In this document: positions 47,201 to 56,060 of the stretch, in pieces
Position numbering within the stretch: position 1 is the stretch's first letter
How the letters are laid out: every line of letters begins with the position of its first letter
IMG/VR virus record: IMGVR_UViG_3300047547_000161
Span: 3,128 to 67,127 of that record
Length of the DNA: 64,000 nucleotides
Source of the DNA: a virus
Reading direction: 5' to 3' (one strand)
Notes under the pieces: generated by a model
Database searches by the model: none
What the model was told of the DNA's origin: nothing
The model's input: only the letters and a program-made list of their open reading frames with translations
Program-made: the position numbers and the translations under genes

Positions 47201-49198
47201 TTATCTGCTTTAACTACAAACTACTACACCAAACACTCTTTGTACGTTGTTGGTGAAGGGGATGACGAAAAATACTTTTTAGTTTATGGTCAATCGCAAC
47301 ATGACACATTACTAGGTGCAGAAAACGTTGGTTTAAATTTACCACCTAGTTATTTTAATTCATCAGTTGCTTTAATCGCTACAATTATTGTACAACAAGG
47401 TAATTCAAACATTATTGAAATATTGGATAACAGACCAATTATTGGTTTTAGAAGCCAAGGTGTTAGCACAGCTGCTAGTACACATGGTGAATTGTTTGGG
47501 TTGTCAGCGGATGACCATACACAATATTTGAGAGTTGATGGTGCTAGACAATTAAGTGGTAACTTAGGTTTAGGTGGGAATAATATCTATAGTGCTGGTA
47601 CTATAAACAACGTTACGATTGAATCTCACGCTTCTAGACATCAACATGGTGGTGCTGATGAAGTTGGTGTTGAAACACCAGCGCCTAACGCAATACCTAA
47701 AGCAAACACAAATAGTAAACTTGATGCGTGGATTTCAACAGCTACAACAACTACATTAGGTTTAGTTAAATTAAGTCAAGCACCTGTTAATTCTGCAAGT
47801 CCTGTTGTGTTGACACAATCTGATACTAGATTCCAAAACGCAATTACTGGTGTTACATCTATTAATAATGTTTTAACTGTTACCAACGTAAGTGGTGGTA
47901 CTAGTAGCTACATTATATCTGATGTTTATGTAACTGGAGGTACATACTCTAATGGTACCGCTATATTTACAAACTCAACAGGTGGAACATTCAATGTAAG
48001 TGGGTTTAAGACAACCGATACATTTGTAACTGGTGGTACGTATTCTAACGGAGCAACTACTTTTACAAACAATAGTGGTGGTACCTTTACTGTAAACGGT
48101 TATTATACTGGTTCAACTGATGTGTTTACTACAGGTGGTACATATACCAATGGTATAGCTACCTTTATGAATAATACAGGTGGTACATTTAGTGTATCTG
48201 GATTTTACACTGGTTCAACTGATGTATATGTAACTGGTGGTACATATACTAACGGTACTACTACATTTATAAATTCAACAGGTGGAACATTTAACGTTAA
48301 CGGTTATTATACTGGTTCAACTGATGTATATGTAACTGGTGGTACATATACCAACGGTACAGCTACTTTTACTAATAGCACTGGTGGAACGTTTAACGTA
48401 TCTGGATTCTTAACACAAGCTGGTGATAATACATTCATTACTGGTGGTACGTATTCAAATGGTACAACTACGTTTACTAATAACACGGGTGGTACCTTTA
48501 CAGTAACAGGTTATTATACTGGAAACACAGATACATACGTAACTGGTGGTACGTATTCAAATGGTACCGCTATATTTACAAACTCAACAGGTGGTACGTT
48601 TAACGTAAGTGGATTTAAGACAAATGATTTATATGTAACTGGTGGTACGTATACCAATGGTACAGCTACATTTACGAACAATACAGGTGGTACGTTTAAT
48701 ATAAGTGGGTTTAGTACAGCAACTACATTTACTGGTGGCGTTGTTGTTAATGACACCAAATTTAATAATGGTATATCCGCAACTACAATATCCGCAACTA
48801 CATACGTTAACCTACCTTTAAGTCATACTGCTGGTGTTGGGGCGACACCTACGGCTTCTTCAACATCAACAATTACTCACAATTTGGGTAGAGTGCCAAC
48901 AACAATACGACTAAACGGTAAAGGTAGTTTTACAGCTAACGCTTCAGCCACACCTACACCTAGTTCTGAGGGTGTTTGGTGTTCTAGCGGTAATTTCTGT
49001 ATTTACCAAGGATATGGTGCGGCTGTCACAACAGGTGTAGCCGCTGCTACATCAAACACATTTGCAATTGCTGTATATACAGGACCAGGTAACTTTGTGA
49101 CTGGTGTTGTACAAAACGTAACTTCAACATCGTTTGATATTGTTTGGACAGAAACTGGTACTGCAACCGCACAAGTATTTATGTGGGAAGCACAATGA
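44246..49198 (+). CDS. Large tail fibre/spike with TGGTY repeats and two pectin-lyase-like beta-helix regions
   Basis: 1650 aa; 12 TGGTY repeats; DFTSIKAAVDSI...PGVYFE and QFTSIADAVNFI...AGEYTE beta-helix caps; ATTTTLGLVKLS fibre motif. Confidence 0.8.
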   Translation: MPNQKISQFNINTNIGGDNLIPMAASGTTYAATVSGLTEYFTTFVSGYSGTDIYVTGGTYSNGTAVFTNNTGGTFTVSGFLTGGTSGTEVFVTGGTYSNGTAIFTNNTGGTFTVTGFYTGGTITNDTFVTGGTYTNGTATFTNNTGGTFNVSGFYTGSTELYLTGGTYSDGTATFTNNTGGTFNVNGFYTQNMKNYVTVGVSGNTDFTSIKAAVDSITDASTFNPYAVVIFPGVYFEDSITMKSGIHLFSFSLGEVLLIPNSTTQTIFVGADGSSITNIIMNGASGTGGRAIYHVGTGGTGFLVKDCNFNNNYINVECYGASSTSTVYVDRCSVTGNNTYGFIANNSGTTASQIIFVNSTYRDTTLPVTETFLSVSGTNSVITLTNTTLRTTSQSGSTCIKAYDGGEIRVVGSTIRGFETAIKSVAGGAAPKMLFDSVAIDETTNHLVIEHTGTTGYYNGVVDLNKVTLDNTTPFYIYSSDLREIHVAKKGEQFTSIADAVNFITDSSETNRYVIKVGAGEYTEPLIDLTDKPYISIVGSSIASVLVQPDSDSHHVFKIAATNEISFLTIKNAGLGYAGIYMLDGGDYAQAHKISFIDCDTGIYIESDAADSIFYGEYIDYNGTYSYGTKVYSANGNVAFANLENYYNLPTGTGTTIGNYIEGTGATITVLSSSNNGVDTSGSTCFEVRDGGEVNGSAIRITNYDYGIRVLNIGLPSTVNVAGTLIKDSGVYDMSFEHAQGRATYVGSASHTKINNQSPYSSWIFLDIDDSEFEIRNKLSITYNNGTHTDLSTLITETSTMGVFHGGVISIVSGLTVNVSSGFGYFEDAVNDTYNRNDWNSQNLTLPDNQANYVYFNENQILSYSTSEPDTVTNILLGRVVTHSGNTEIINATPLRAEHTSNNFAQLFRNAIGPVYASGSIVNENTTPFKLDVTSGTYYFSTNEFTPSGGTAITFTSIYRNGLGGHVFTTTDTVDASYFDNNNGTLSALTTNYYTKHSLYVVGEGDDEKYFLVYGQSQHDTLLGAENVGLNLPPSYFNSSVALIATIIVQQGNSNIIEILDNRPIIGFRSQGVSTAASTHGELFGLSADDHTQYLRVDGARQLSGNLGLGGNNIYSAGTINNVTIESHASRHQHGGADEVGVETPAPNAIPKANTNSKLDAWISTATTTTLGLVKLSQAPVNSASPVVLTQSDTRFQNAITGVTSINNVLTVTNVSGGTSSYIISDVYVTGGTYSNGTAIFTNSTGGTFNVSGFKTTDTFVTGGTYSNGATTFTNNSGGTFTVNGYYTGSTDVFTTGGTYTNGIATFMNNTGGTFSVSGFYTGSTDVYVTGGTYTNGTTTFINSTGGTFNVNGYYTGSTDVYVTGGTYTNGTATFTNSTGGTFNVSGFLTQAGDNTFITGGTYSNGTTTFTNNTGGTFTVTGYYTGNTDTYVTGGTYSNGTAIFTNSTGGTFNVSGFKTNDLYVTGGTYTNGTATFTNNTGGTFNISGFSTATTFTGGVVVNDTKFNNGISATTISATTYVNLPLSHTAGVGATPTASSTSTITHNLGRVPTTIRLNGKGSFTANASATPTPSSEGVWCSSGNFCIYQGYGAAVTTGVAAATSNTFAIAVYTGPGNFVTGVVQNVTSTSFDIVWTETGTATAQVFMWEAQ
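44399..44815 (+). repeat. Four ~34-aa coding repeats D-x-(Y/F)-VTGGTY-x-NGT-x-x-FTNNTGGTF-x-V-x-GF
   Basis: Read from the translation; boundaries approximate. Confidence 0.9.
47921..48715 (+). repeat. Eight TGGTY coding repeats (~100 nt period)
   Basis: Exact 41 nt copy at 48209 and 48311; exact 35 nt copy at 47951 and 48560. Confidence 0.9.
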
Positions 49199-49200
49199 TG

Positions 49201-49208
49201 ATATTTAT
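49201..49208 (+). promoter_or_regulatory. Putative late promoter motif ATATTTAT
   Basis: 14 nt upstream of the ATG at 49223. Confidence 0.7.
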
Positions 49209-49222
49209 TAAAAAACTTTAAA

Positions 49223-51790
49223 ATGAGCAATATTTTAACCTTAAGAAGTACTAGCAGCCCTTACGGAGATACCGTTAAGGGTTCTGTACTTTCACATACA
49301 GAAGTTGATACCAATTTTATACGATTAAAAGGTATGTCAATTTACAGCGCCCAAACAATCGGTGATACTGTAAATTTATTGGCATATAATGGTGATAGTT
49401 TTTCTTTTACCGTAGGTTCAACACAAACTGGTTCTACAACGGATTCATATTGGACATCTGGTTCAACGTGGAGCGGTACAAACTATCCTATTAAGGCTAA
49501 CAATGATTCAGGGTTAGATGCTCAAGGTATTTATGCAGTTGCTGAAGGTAGAGCAACTTTAGCAAAAGGTAATTATTCCCATGCTGAGGGTTGGTTGACG
49601 ACAACCAACGGTGATGCAAGTCACTCTGAAGGTTTAAGCACTAAAGCTAATGGTACCGCATCACATGCTGAGGGTTCAAGTACAACAGCATCAGGTGCTT
49701 CAGCACACGCTGAAGGTAATTTAACTATAGCTAATGGTGCATACTCACACTCTGAAGGTTTTACAACAACAGCACAGGGTCAGGCAGCACACGCTGAAGG
49801 TAGAAGTACAACAGCTATTGGGACAGGTTCTCATGCTGAAGGTATTTCAACCGTAACAAACGGTAATTATTCACATGCTGGTGGGTCAGGTTCATCCACT
49901 ACAAATGCATATTCATTTGCTAATGGTTATGGTGTTAGAGCCATAGGGACTGCTTCACATGCTGAAGGTGGTATAACTTCAGCGATTGGTAATTATTCAC
50001 ACGCTGAAGGTTGGGCCACTTCTGCCAATGGTGCTTATTCACATGCTGAAGGTTATGAAACAAGTGCTAATGGTGATTACTCACATGCTGAAGGTTTTCA
50101 AAATAACGCTGGCGGTGATTTCGCACACGCTGAAGGTTATTTAACGACTGCTAATAATGTAGCAACACATGCTGAAGGTAACTCTACAACAGCAAGTGGT
50201 AACAATTCACATGCCGAAGGTAATTTAACCATAGCATCTGGCGATACTTCACATGCTGAGGGTAATCAGACAACAGCAAGTGATTTTTCACATGCCGAAG
50301 GTATCTTTACTTTTGCTAGCGGAGTTAATTCACATGCAGAAGGTCACCAAACAACTTCTGAGGGTCTATATTCGCACGCTGAAGGTGACCAAACAACAGC
50401 GTTAGGTGAAATATCACACGCTGAAGGTAAAAATACTACAGCTATTGGTGATGCTGGGGCACACGCTGAAGGTTATTACACCATAGCAAGTGGTGGGACA
50501 TCACACTCTGAAGGACAAAATACTATTGCTGGTGGTGAAGCTTCACATGCTGAAGGTATATATAGCATTGCTAGTGGGGTTGTATCACACGCTGAAGGTT
50601 CTGGTACCACAGCAAGTGGTTATGCTTCGCACTCTGAAGGTTCTGGTACCACAGCTAGCGGAATAGGTTCACATGCTGAAGGTGCTTTTACGACAGCAAG
50701 TGGTTTATATTCACATTCTAGTGGTTATCAAACCATGGCTTATGGTAGATACTCACATACTGAGGGTACATTAACTAGGGCTAACGAAGCATCACATGCT
50801 GAAGGTTGGGGTACGACTGCGACTGGTGTTTATGCTCACTCTGAAGGTTTAACAACAACTGCGTCTGGTGATTATTCACACTCAGAAGGTGGTACAACAA
50901 CAGCGACTGGTCTTGGTGGTCACTCTGAGGGTTATCAAACAAAATCTTTAGGTTTAGGTTCACACAGTGAAGGTAGAATTACAACCGCTACTGGTGAGGC
51001 ATCACATGCTGAAGGTTATGGTTCAGTAGCAGCAGGTATAGCGTCACACTCTGAAGGTTCTAATACAACAGCAAGTGGTGTTGGTTCACATGCTGAAGGT
51101 GATGGTGTAATAGCTAATGGTGATTATTCACACGCTGAAGGTTTTCAAACTTATTCATATGGGACCCAATCGCACGCTGAAGGTTATTTAACAACAGCAC
51201 AGGGTAATGTTTCACACGCTGAGGGTGAATCTACTACCGCTATTGGGGTTGATTCACACGCTGAGGGTTATACTTCAACAGCATTAAATGATTACTCACA
51301 CGCAGAGGGTTATGCTTCAATAGCATCTGGTATCACTAGTCACGCCCAAGGTTATCAAGCTATAGCTGGTGGTGATAACTCACACGCTGAAGGTAAAGGT
51401 ACAATAGCTAGCGGTGCTCAATCTCATGCTCAAGGTAGAGGCACTTTAGCAAGTGGTGACCAATCTATGGCAAGTGGTGATTTAAGTGTTGCTTATGGTT
51501 CGAACTCATTTGCTGGTGGTTATAACACTACAGCTAGTGGTGAGACTTCTTTTGCAATAACACAAAACTCAATCGCTGGTGGTAGTGCATCAGTAGTTTT
51601 AGGTAAAAACATAACAGGAACAACTGATAATACAGTATATGTTAGGGATTTTGTTATAACAAAATCAGCAACTGTACCAACAGCGACTGGTGATGCTATT
51701 GGTGAGCCTGGTTCAATTACTTGGGACGATACATATATTTATTGGAAAACAAATAGTGGTTGGTTAAGAGTAGCTGGTAGCACATTCTAA
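49223..51790 (+). CDS. Fibre/adhesin-like protein with a long YadA-head-like SHAEG repeat array
   Basis: 855 aa; N-terminal KGSVLSHTEVDTNF fibre-type motif; roughly 45 repeats of 14 aa. Confidence 0.8.
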   Translation: MSNILTLRSTSSPYGDTVKGSVLSHTEVDTNFIRLKGMSIYSAQTIGDTVNLLAYNGDSFSFTVGSTQTGSTTDSYWTSGSTWSGTNYPIKANNDSGLDAQGIYAVAEGRATLAKGNYSHAEGWLTTTNGDASHSEGLSTKANGTASHAEGSSTTASGASAHAEGNLTIANGAYSHSEGFTTTAQGQAAHAEGRSTTAIGTGSHAEGISTVTNGNYSHAGGSGSSTTNAYSFANGYGVRAIGTASHAEGGITSAIGNYSHAEGWATSANGAYSHAEGYETSANGDYSHAEGFQNNAGGDFAHAEGYLTTANNVATHAEGNSTTASGNNSHAEGNLTIASGDTSHAEGNQTTASDFSHAEGIFTFASGVNSHAEGHQTTSEGLYSHAEGDQTTALGEISHAEGKNTTAIGDAGAHAEGYYTIASGGTSHSEGQNTIAGGEASHAEGIYSIASGVVSHAEGSGTTASGYASHSEGSGTTASGIGSHAEGAFTTASGLYSHSSGYQTMAYGRYSHTEGTLTRANEASHAEGWGTTATGVYAHSEGLTTTASGDYSHSEGGTTTATGLGGHSEGYQTKSLGLGSHSEGRITTATGEASHAEGYGSVAAGIASHSEGSNTTASGVGSHAEGDGVIANGDYSHAEGFQTYSYGTQSHAEGYLTTAQGNVSHAEGESTTAIGVDSHAEGYTSTALNDYSHAEGYASIASGITSHAQGYQAIAGGDNSHAEGKGTIASGAQSHAQGRGTLASGDQSMASGDLSVAYGSNSFAGGYNTTASGETSFAITQNSIAGGSASVVLGKNITGTTDNTVYVRDFVITKSATVPTATGDAIGEPGSITWDDTYIYWKTNSGWLRVAGSTF
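49530..51610 (+). repeat. 42-nt-period coding repeat (T-x-A-x-G-x-x-SHAEG)
   Basis: Recurrent tcacatgctgaaggt/tcacacgctgaaggt; boundaries approximate. Confidence 0.9.
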
Positions 51791-51804
51791 AAAAAAAATG
51801 AACA

Positions 51805-52179
51805 ATGGAATTTAGTATAAATAAAAACGCAACATTGCCAGTTTTGAAAATGGAATTAGTGAATGACGGAAGAAACGATTTCTCCGAATTCCATGAAAAA
51901 ATTCAAAACGCTGATATAACTTTTACAATGACAGATGTTGTAACTGGTGTTAAGCGCATTGCAAAAAAAGCCACTGGTATTGAACAGATATTGCCTGAAA
52001 ATGATTGTGTTGGTGAGGAATTTTACGTGATATACCAATTCACTTCTAGGGATACATCACAAGCTGGCAGATATGTTGGACAGTTTACCATAGATTTTTT
52101 GGATGGTTCTGGAACTCTTGTTGTACCTATAGTTGAGGAATTGTTTATCAACGTTTTGGATGGTTCTATAAAAAAATAA
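51805..52179 (+). CDS. Small beta-sandwich virion protein (BppU N-terminal-like)
   Basis: FSINKNATLPVLKMEL...ITFTM...YQFTSRDTSQAGRYVGQFTIDF. Confidence 0.6.
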   Translation: MEFSINKNATLPVLKMELVNDGRNDFSEFHEKIQNADITFTMTDVVTGVKRIAKKATGIEQILPENDCVGEEFYVIYQFTSRDTSQAGRYVGQFTIDFLDGSGTLVVPIVEELFINVLDGSIKK

Positions 52180-52191
52180 TTCACATTTTAC

Positions 52192-52290
52192 TTGCATAAA
52201 TGGAATTTTTTTCGTAAGTTTGTAATGTACAAACTTAAAAATTTTTTTGCTTAAAACACTTGTCAGGCTATAAAGTTTGTAGTATATTTG
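52192..52290 (+). promoter_or_regulatory. Two tandem Bacteroidota-type promoters for the DNA polymerase gene
   Basis: TTG(52192)-N20-TAAGTTTG(52215) and TTG(52260)-N20-TATATTTG(52283). Confidence 0.75.
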
Positions 52291-52304
52291 CTAAAAATTC
52301 ATAG

Positions 52305-55300
52305 ATGAGTGAAGCAAAACAAGTTTTAAGCAACGAAACAATTGAAAAGTTTTTGCAAGGTTCTGACCCGCAAAAATACATCGTTGCAGTTGAAGCTGAA
52401 TATGACAAACCATTCGTTAAACTAGTTATCAACGACCCAGAACTAGGTAAACGAATTGAAGAGCATAAGGTTCAGCCTTTTCTTTGGTTCAAGGAAGAAG
52501 TCAAAGATATTCTATATGGTGGTAAAAGAATGGCAATTCTTGAAGCCTGTCAAAAGTTTGATGTTAAGATAACCGCACTACGCACATGGAATGATGAAGG
52601 TCATTCACCTAAACGTATGGAAAACGGTTATAAGTTTTTAGCTAAGACAAAGCGAAGTTACAACGACCTAATTTTATTTTTTAAACATGGTGGTATTGAT
52701 GTCTTCAGTAAAGAACACCAAAAACTTTTTGTAATGTTCAGCCCAACTGAACAATTTCTAATACAATCTGGTAAGCGTTTATTTAAAGGTATGGATGATT
52801 ACGATGATGTTCATCGTCTTCAGTTTGACTTAGAAACAGAAGGGCTTTTACCTTCAAAGGACGCTATTTTCCAAATTGGTGTTAGGGATAATAAAGGCAA
52901 TGAAATAGTATTGGATGCTGATGGTGATACGCCACAGAAGAAAAGAAATGCTGAACGTGAAATGCTTGAAAAATTTTTCAAGATTATTGATATCGTGAAA
53001 CCAGACATTATCACTGGTTATAACTCAGAAAGTTTTGACTGGAACTTTATATTTGAACGTGCAGAACGTTTAGGTATGGATGTAACGGAACTGGCTATTA
53101 CTTTAAATCGTTTGAGTAAAATCAAACGTAAAGAATCAACACTTAAACTAGGTGGTGAGACTGAATCATACAAACAAACACACATGTATGGTTACAATAT
53201 CTTGGACGTGGCTCATGCTGTTAGAAGAGCAATGGCTATTAACTCTGAGATTAAGGGTTGGGGGTTGAAGTATATCACACAATATAGCGGTATCGCTAAA
53301 CCTAATCGTGTTTACATACCAGGTGATAAAATCAACACAATGTGGGCCGATAAGGTAAACACATTTGCATTTAACGATACAAATGGTGAATGGTATCGCA
53401 TAACTGAAAAAAACCCATTAAAAGAAGGTTTTAGGATTGAAACTGGTAAGTATTTGGTTGAACGATATCTTCAAGATGACTTATGGGAAACAGAACAAGT
53501 TGATTACATCTTTAATCAAGCATCATTTCTTATTGCTAAAATTCTACCAACATCCTTCATGCGTTCTTCAACCATGGGTACCGCTGGTCAGTGGAAACTT
53601 ATTATGTCTGCATGGTCGTATGAAAATGGTCTAGCGATTCCAGAAACACAAACCAAACGAGATTTCGTTGGTGGTCTTTCAAGATTGTTGCAAGTAGGTT
53701 TTGCTAGAAATGTTGTTAAGCTTGACTTCGCAGCTCTTTATCCTAAAACGCAATTGACTTGGTTGATTTTCCCTGACTTAGATATTACTGGTGTAATGAA
53801 AGGGTTATTGACTTATGTGGTTGACACACGTGACCATTTCAAATTCTTAACTGGTATTGAAAAGAAAAAGGCTAAAAAGCTTCAAGCAAAATTAGATGAA
53901 CTAAAAGACACCTTGTCTGACAGTGAAATCAAAGAATTGAAAGAGCAAATAGCTGAGCATAAGCGTTTATCTAACCTTTACGATAAAAAGCAATTGCCGC
54001 TTAAGATTCTTGCTAACTCATGGTTTGGTTCTTACGGTGCCCCTTATATTTTTAACTGGGGTGATACCGATTCTGCGGAAGAAACAACATGCCGTGGTCG
54101 TCAATCTTTACGTCTTATGGTTCGTCACTTTAGTGGTAAGTATGGTTTCATACCTCTTGTGGGTGACACGGATGGTTTTAACTTTGCGTTCCCTGACAAT
54201 GTTAATGAAATAAAATACATTGCTAAGGGTAACCACTGGAAAACCAAAGACGATGCTGGTAAAGAACTTGTAGGCTTGGATGCAGTGTTGGCTGAATTTA
54301 ATGAGAATTATATGGAAGGTCGTATGGGTCTAGATATTGACGATATTTGTGATTCTACAATCAACTTTGCTCGTAAAAATTACGCAAACCTTATTGACGG
54401 TAAAATAAAATTGGTTGGTAACTCAATCAAGTCAAAAAAGATGTCTGTGTTCATTGAAGAGTTTTTGAATAAAGCTATTAAATTACTCTTGAACGGTGAT
54501 GGTTACGGTTTTATTCAAGAATACCAAGCTTACGTTGATAAGATTTACAATTATCAAATACCGCTAGTTAAAATCGCTTCAAAAGCTAAAGTTAAGTCTA
54601 GTATCGCGGATTACAAAAAGAAGTCTCAGATGAAGAATAAAGCAGGTAATCCAATGCCTAAACAAGCACACATGGAACTTGCCATACAAAATGGGATGGA
54701 GATTAGTCTTGGTGACACTTTGTATTACGTAAACACAGGTACATCTAAGTCAACTGGTGATTTAAAAACCGTTGATAAAAACAAGATGAAAAAGAAAGAC
54801 CGTGAAATTTATTTTGCTCAACACGGAGAATACCCAAAGGTTAACAAGGTGACTGAATTGAATTGTCGCCTTATCGACCCACTTATTGTTGAACGAGATT
54901 TTGAGGCGCTTAAAGAATTGGAGATGCTTAAGAAGAGTCTTGTTGATTTGGAAGATGTTCAAGACCCAGAATACATTCAAGAGATTGAGGCTAGGATAGA
55001 AGAAATCAATGAATCATTGTTTGTTGAGGACTACAATGTGGCTAGATATTTAGATGCCTTTAACAAAAAGGTTAAACCACTCCTAGTTTGCTTTAAACCA
55101 GAGGTTAGAGATAAAATTTTATTGGATATCGTTAAGGTTAAAAACAAAGAGACAAAAACAACTACCGAAAAACTTAAAGACAGAACAGTTTTCTTGAAGG
55201 GAGAATGTGAATTATGTTCTGGTGTACCATACAAAGATGTAGACCAAGACTCTTACGAAGAACTTATGACGATGGAAGACAAAGAAATTAAGTTCTGGGT

Positions 55301-56030
55301 TAAGGTTAATAAAATACCTAACTATATGGAACCAGAAGAGTGGGAGCGTATCAAAATAGATTACGAAGAGAGAATGATTAAGATGAAAGAAGAAGGCGTT
55401 GCTAATGAAAAAGCCTTGATGGACGAATACATTAGAAGACTTGAAATATCTGATTTGAACCTTATTATTGAAAAATCTATTTTACCAACAAACATCTTTA
55501 TTTTAGCTGATGTTCTAACCGACACCGAAGGTAATGGATGGTTTCTATCAAGAAAATGGGGTGAAATCCTATGTCCTATTACCGACCTATTAAAATACGA
55601 AGAAGAGGCTATTGAAAGAGATGCATACTATAAAGCGATAGCTCCTGATTTTACAGAAGAACAAATGGAAGAAAAATATCAGATTTGGTTGGATTACATT
55701 GCTGAGAGAAAAGTTCTAATGGGTGACGGTGTTGAAGTTGAGGTTGAATCGGTGTCTGATTTGGATAGCGGAAAAATTGTTGATGCGGTTAAAACTAGTT
55801 TTGACAATGCTATACGTGAAACAAAAATCAACCAAGAAAAGAAAAAACGTATTTGGTTAGAAGACGAGGACACTGACACTGAGTTAGAGATGGAAGAAGA
55901 TGAAGACGGTAATTTAACTAGAGTAGATGAAATACTAAAACTAGATGATGAGGTTGATGATACATTACCAGAAAAACCAGAAGAGTTTTATGACGATACA
56001 CCACCAAGTGATGACGGATGGTTATTCTAA
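52305..56030 (+). CDS. polB: DNA polymerase family B with 3'-5' exonuclease
   Basis: ExoI FDLETEG, ExoII GYNSESFD, ExoIII YLQDD; motif A DFAALYP, motif B KILANSWFG, motif C GDTDG; RKNYA; acidic C-terminal extension. Confidence 0.95.
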   Translation: MSEAKQVLSNETIEKFLQGSDPQKYIVAVEAEYDKPFVKLVINDPELGKRIEEHKVQPFLWFKEEVKDILYGGKRMAILEACQKFDVKITALRTWNDEGHSPKRMENGYKFLAKTKRSYNDLILFFKHGGIDVFSKEHQKLFVMFSPTEQFLIQSGKRLFKGMDDYDDVHRLQFDLETEGLLPSKDAIFQIGVRDNKGNEIVLDADGDTPQKKRNAEREMLEKFFKIIDIVKPDIITGYNSESFDWNFIFERAERLGMDVTELAITLNRLSKIKRKESTLKLGGETESYKQTHMYGYNILDVAHAVRRAMAINSEIKGWGLKYITQYSGIAKPNRVYIPGDKINTMWADKVNTFAFNDTNGEWYRITEKNPLKEGFRIETGKYLVERYLQDDLWETEQVDYIFNQASFLIAKILPTSFMRSSTMGTAGQWKLIMSAWSYENGLAIPETQTKRDFVGGLSRLLQVGFARNVVKLDFAALYPKTQLTWLIFPDLDITGVMKGLLTYVVDTRDHFKFLTGIEKKKAKKLQAKLDELKDTLSDSEIKELKEQIAEHKRLSNLYDKKQLPLKILANSWFGSYGAPYIFNWGDTDSAEETTCRGRQSLRLMVRHFSGKYGFIPLVGDTDGFNFAFPDNVNEIKYIAKGNHWKTKDDAGKELVGLDAVLAEFNENYMEGRMGLDIDDICDSTINFARKNYANLIDGKIKLVGNSIKSKKMSVFIEEFLNKAIKLLLNGDGYGFIQEYQAYVDKIYNYQIPLVKIASKAKVKSSIADYKKKSQMKNKAGNPMPKQAHMELAIQNGMEISLGDTLYYVNTGTSKSTGDLKTVDKNKMKKKDREIYFAQHGEYPKVNKVTELNCRLIDPLIVERDFEALKELEMLKKSLVDLEDVQDPEYIQEIEARIEEINESLFVEDYNVARYLDAFNKKVKPLLVCFKPEVRDKILLDIVKVKNKETKTTTEKLKDRTVFLKGECELCSGVPYKDVDQDSYEELMTMEDKEIKFWVKVNKIPNYMEPEEWERIKIDYEERMIKMKEEGVANEKALMDEYIRRLEISDLNLIIEKSILPTNIFILADVLTDTEGNGWFLSRKWGEILCPITDLLKYEEEAIERDAYYKAIAPDFTEEQMEEKYQIWLDYIAERKVLMGDGVEVEVESVSDLDSGKIVDAVKTSFDNAIRETKINQEKKKRIWLEDEDTDTELEMEEDEDGNLTRVDEILKLDDEVDDTLPEKPEEFYDDTPPSDDGWLF

Positions 56031-56035
56031 AAATA

Positions 56036-56060
56036 AAAAGGGGCTTGAGCCCCTTTTTTT
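56036..56060. terminator. Bidirectional Rho-independent terminator
   Basis: AAAAGGGGC-ttga-GCCCCTTTTTTT between convergent genes. Confidence 0.85.

Noticed and set aside
49530-51610. CRISPR array or DGR template/variable repeats
   Set aside because: The 42 nt periodicity is in-frame coding repetition with synonymous variation; there are no invariant repeats with spacers, no adenine-specific differences, and no cas or reverse transcriptase gene in the window.
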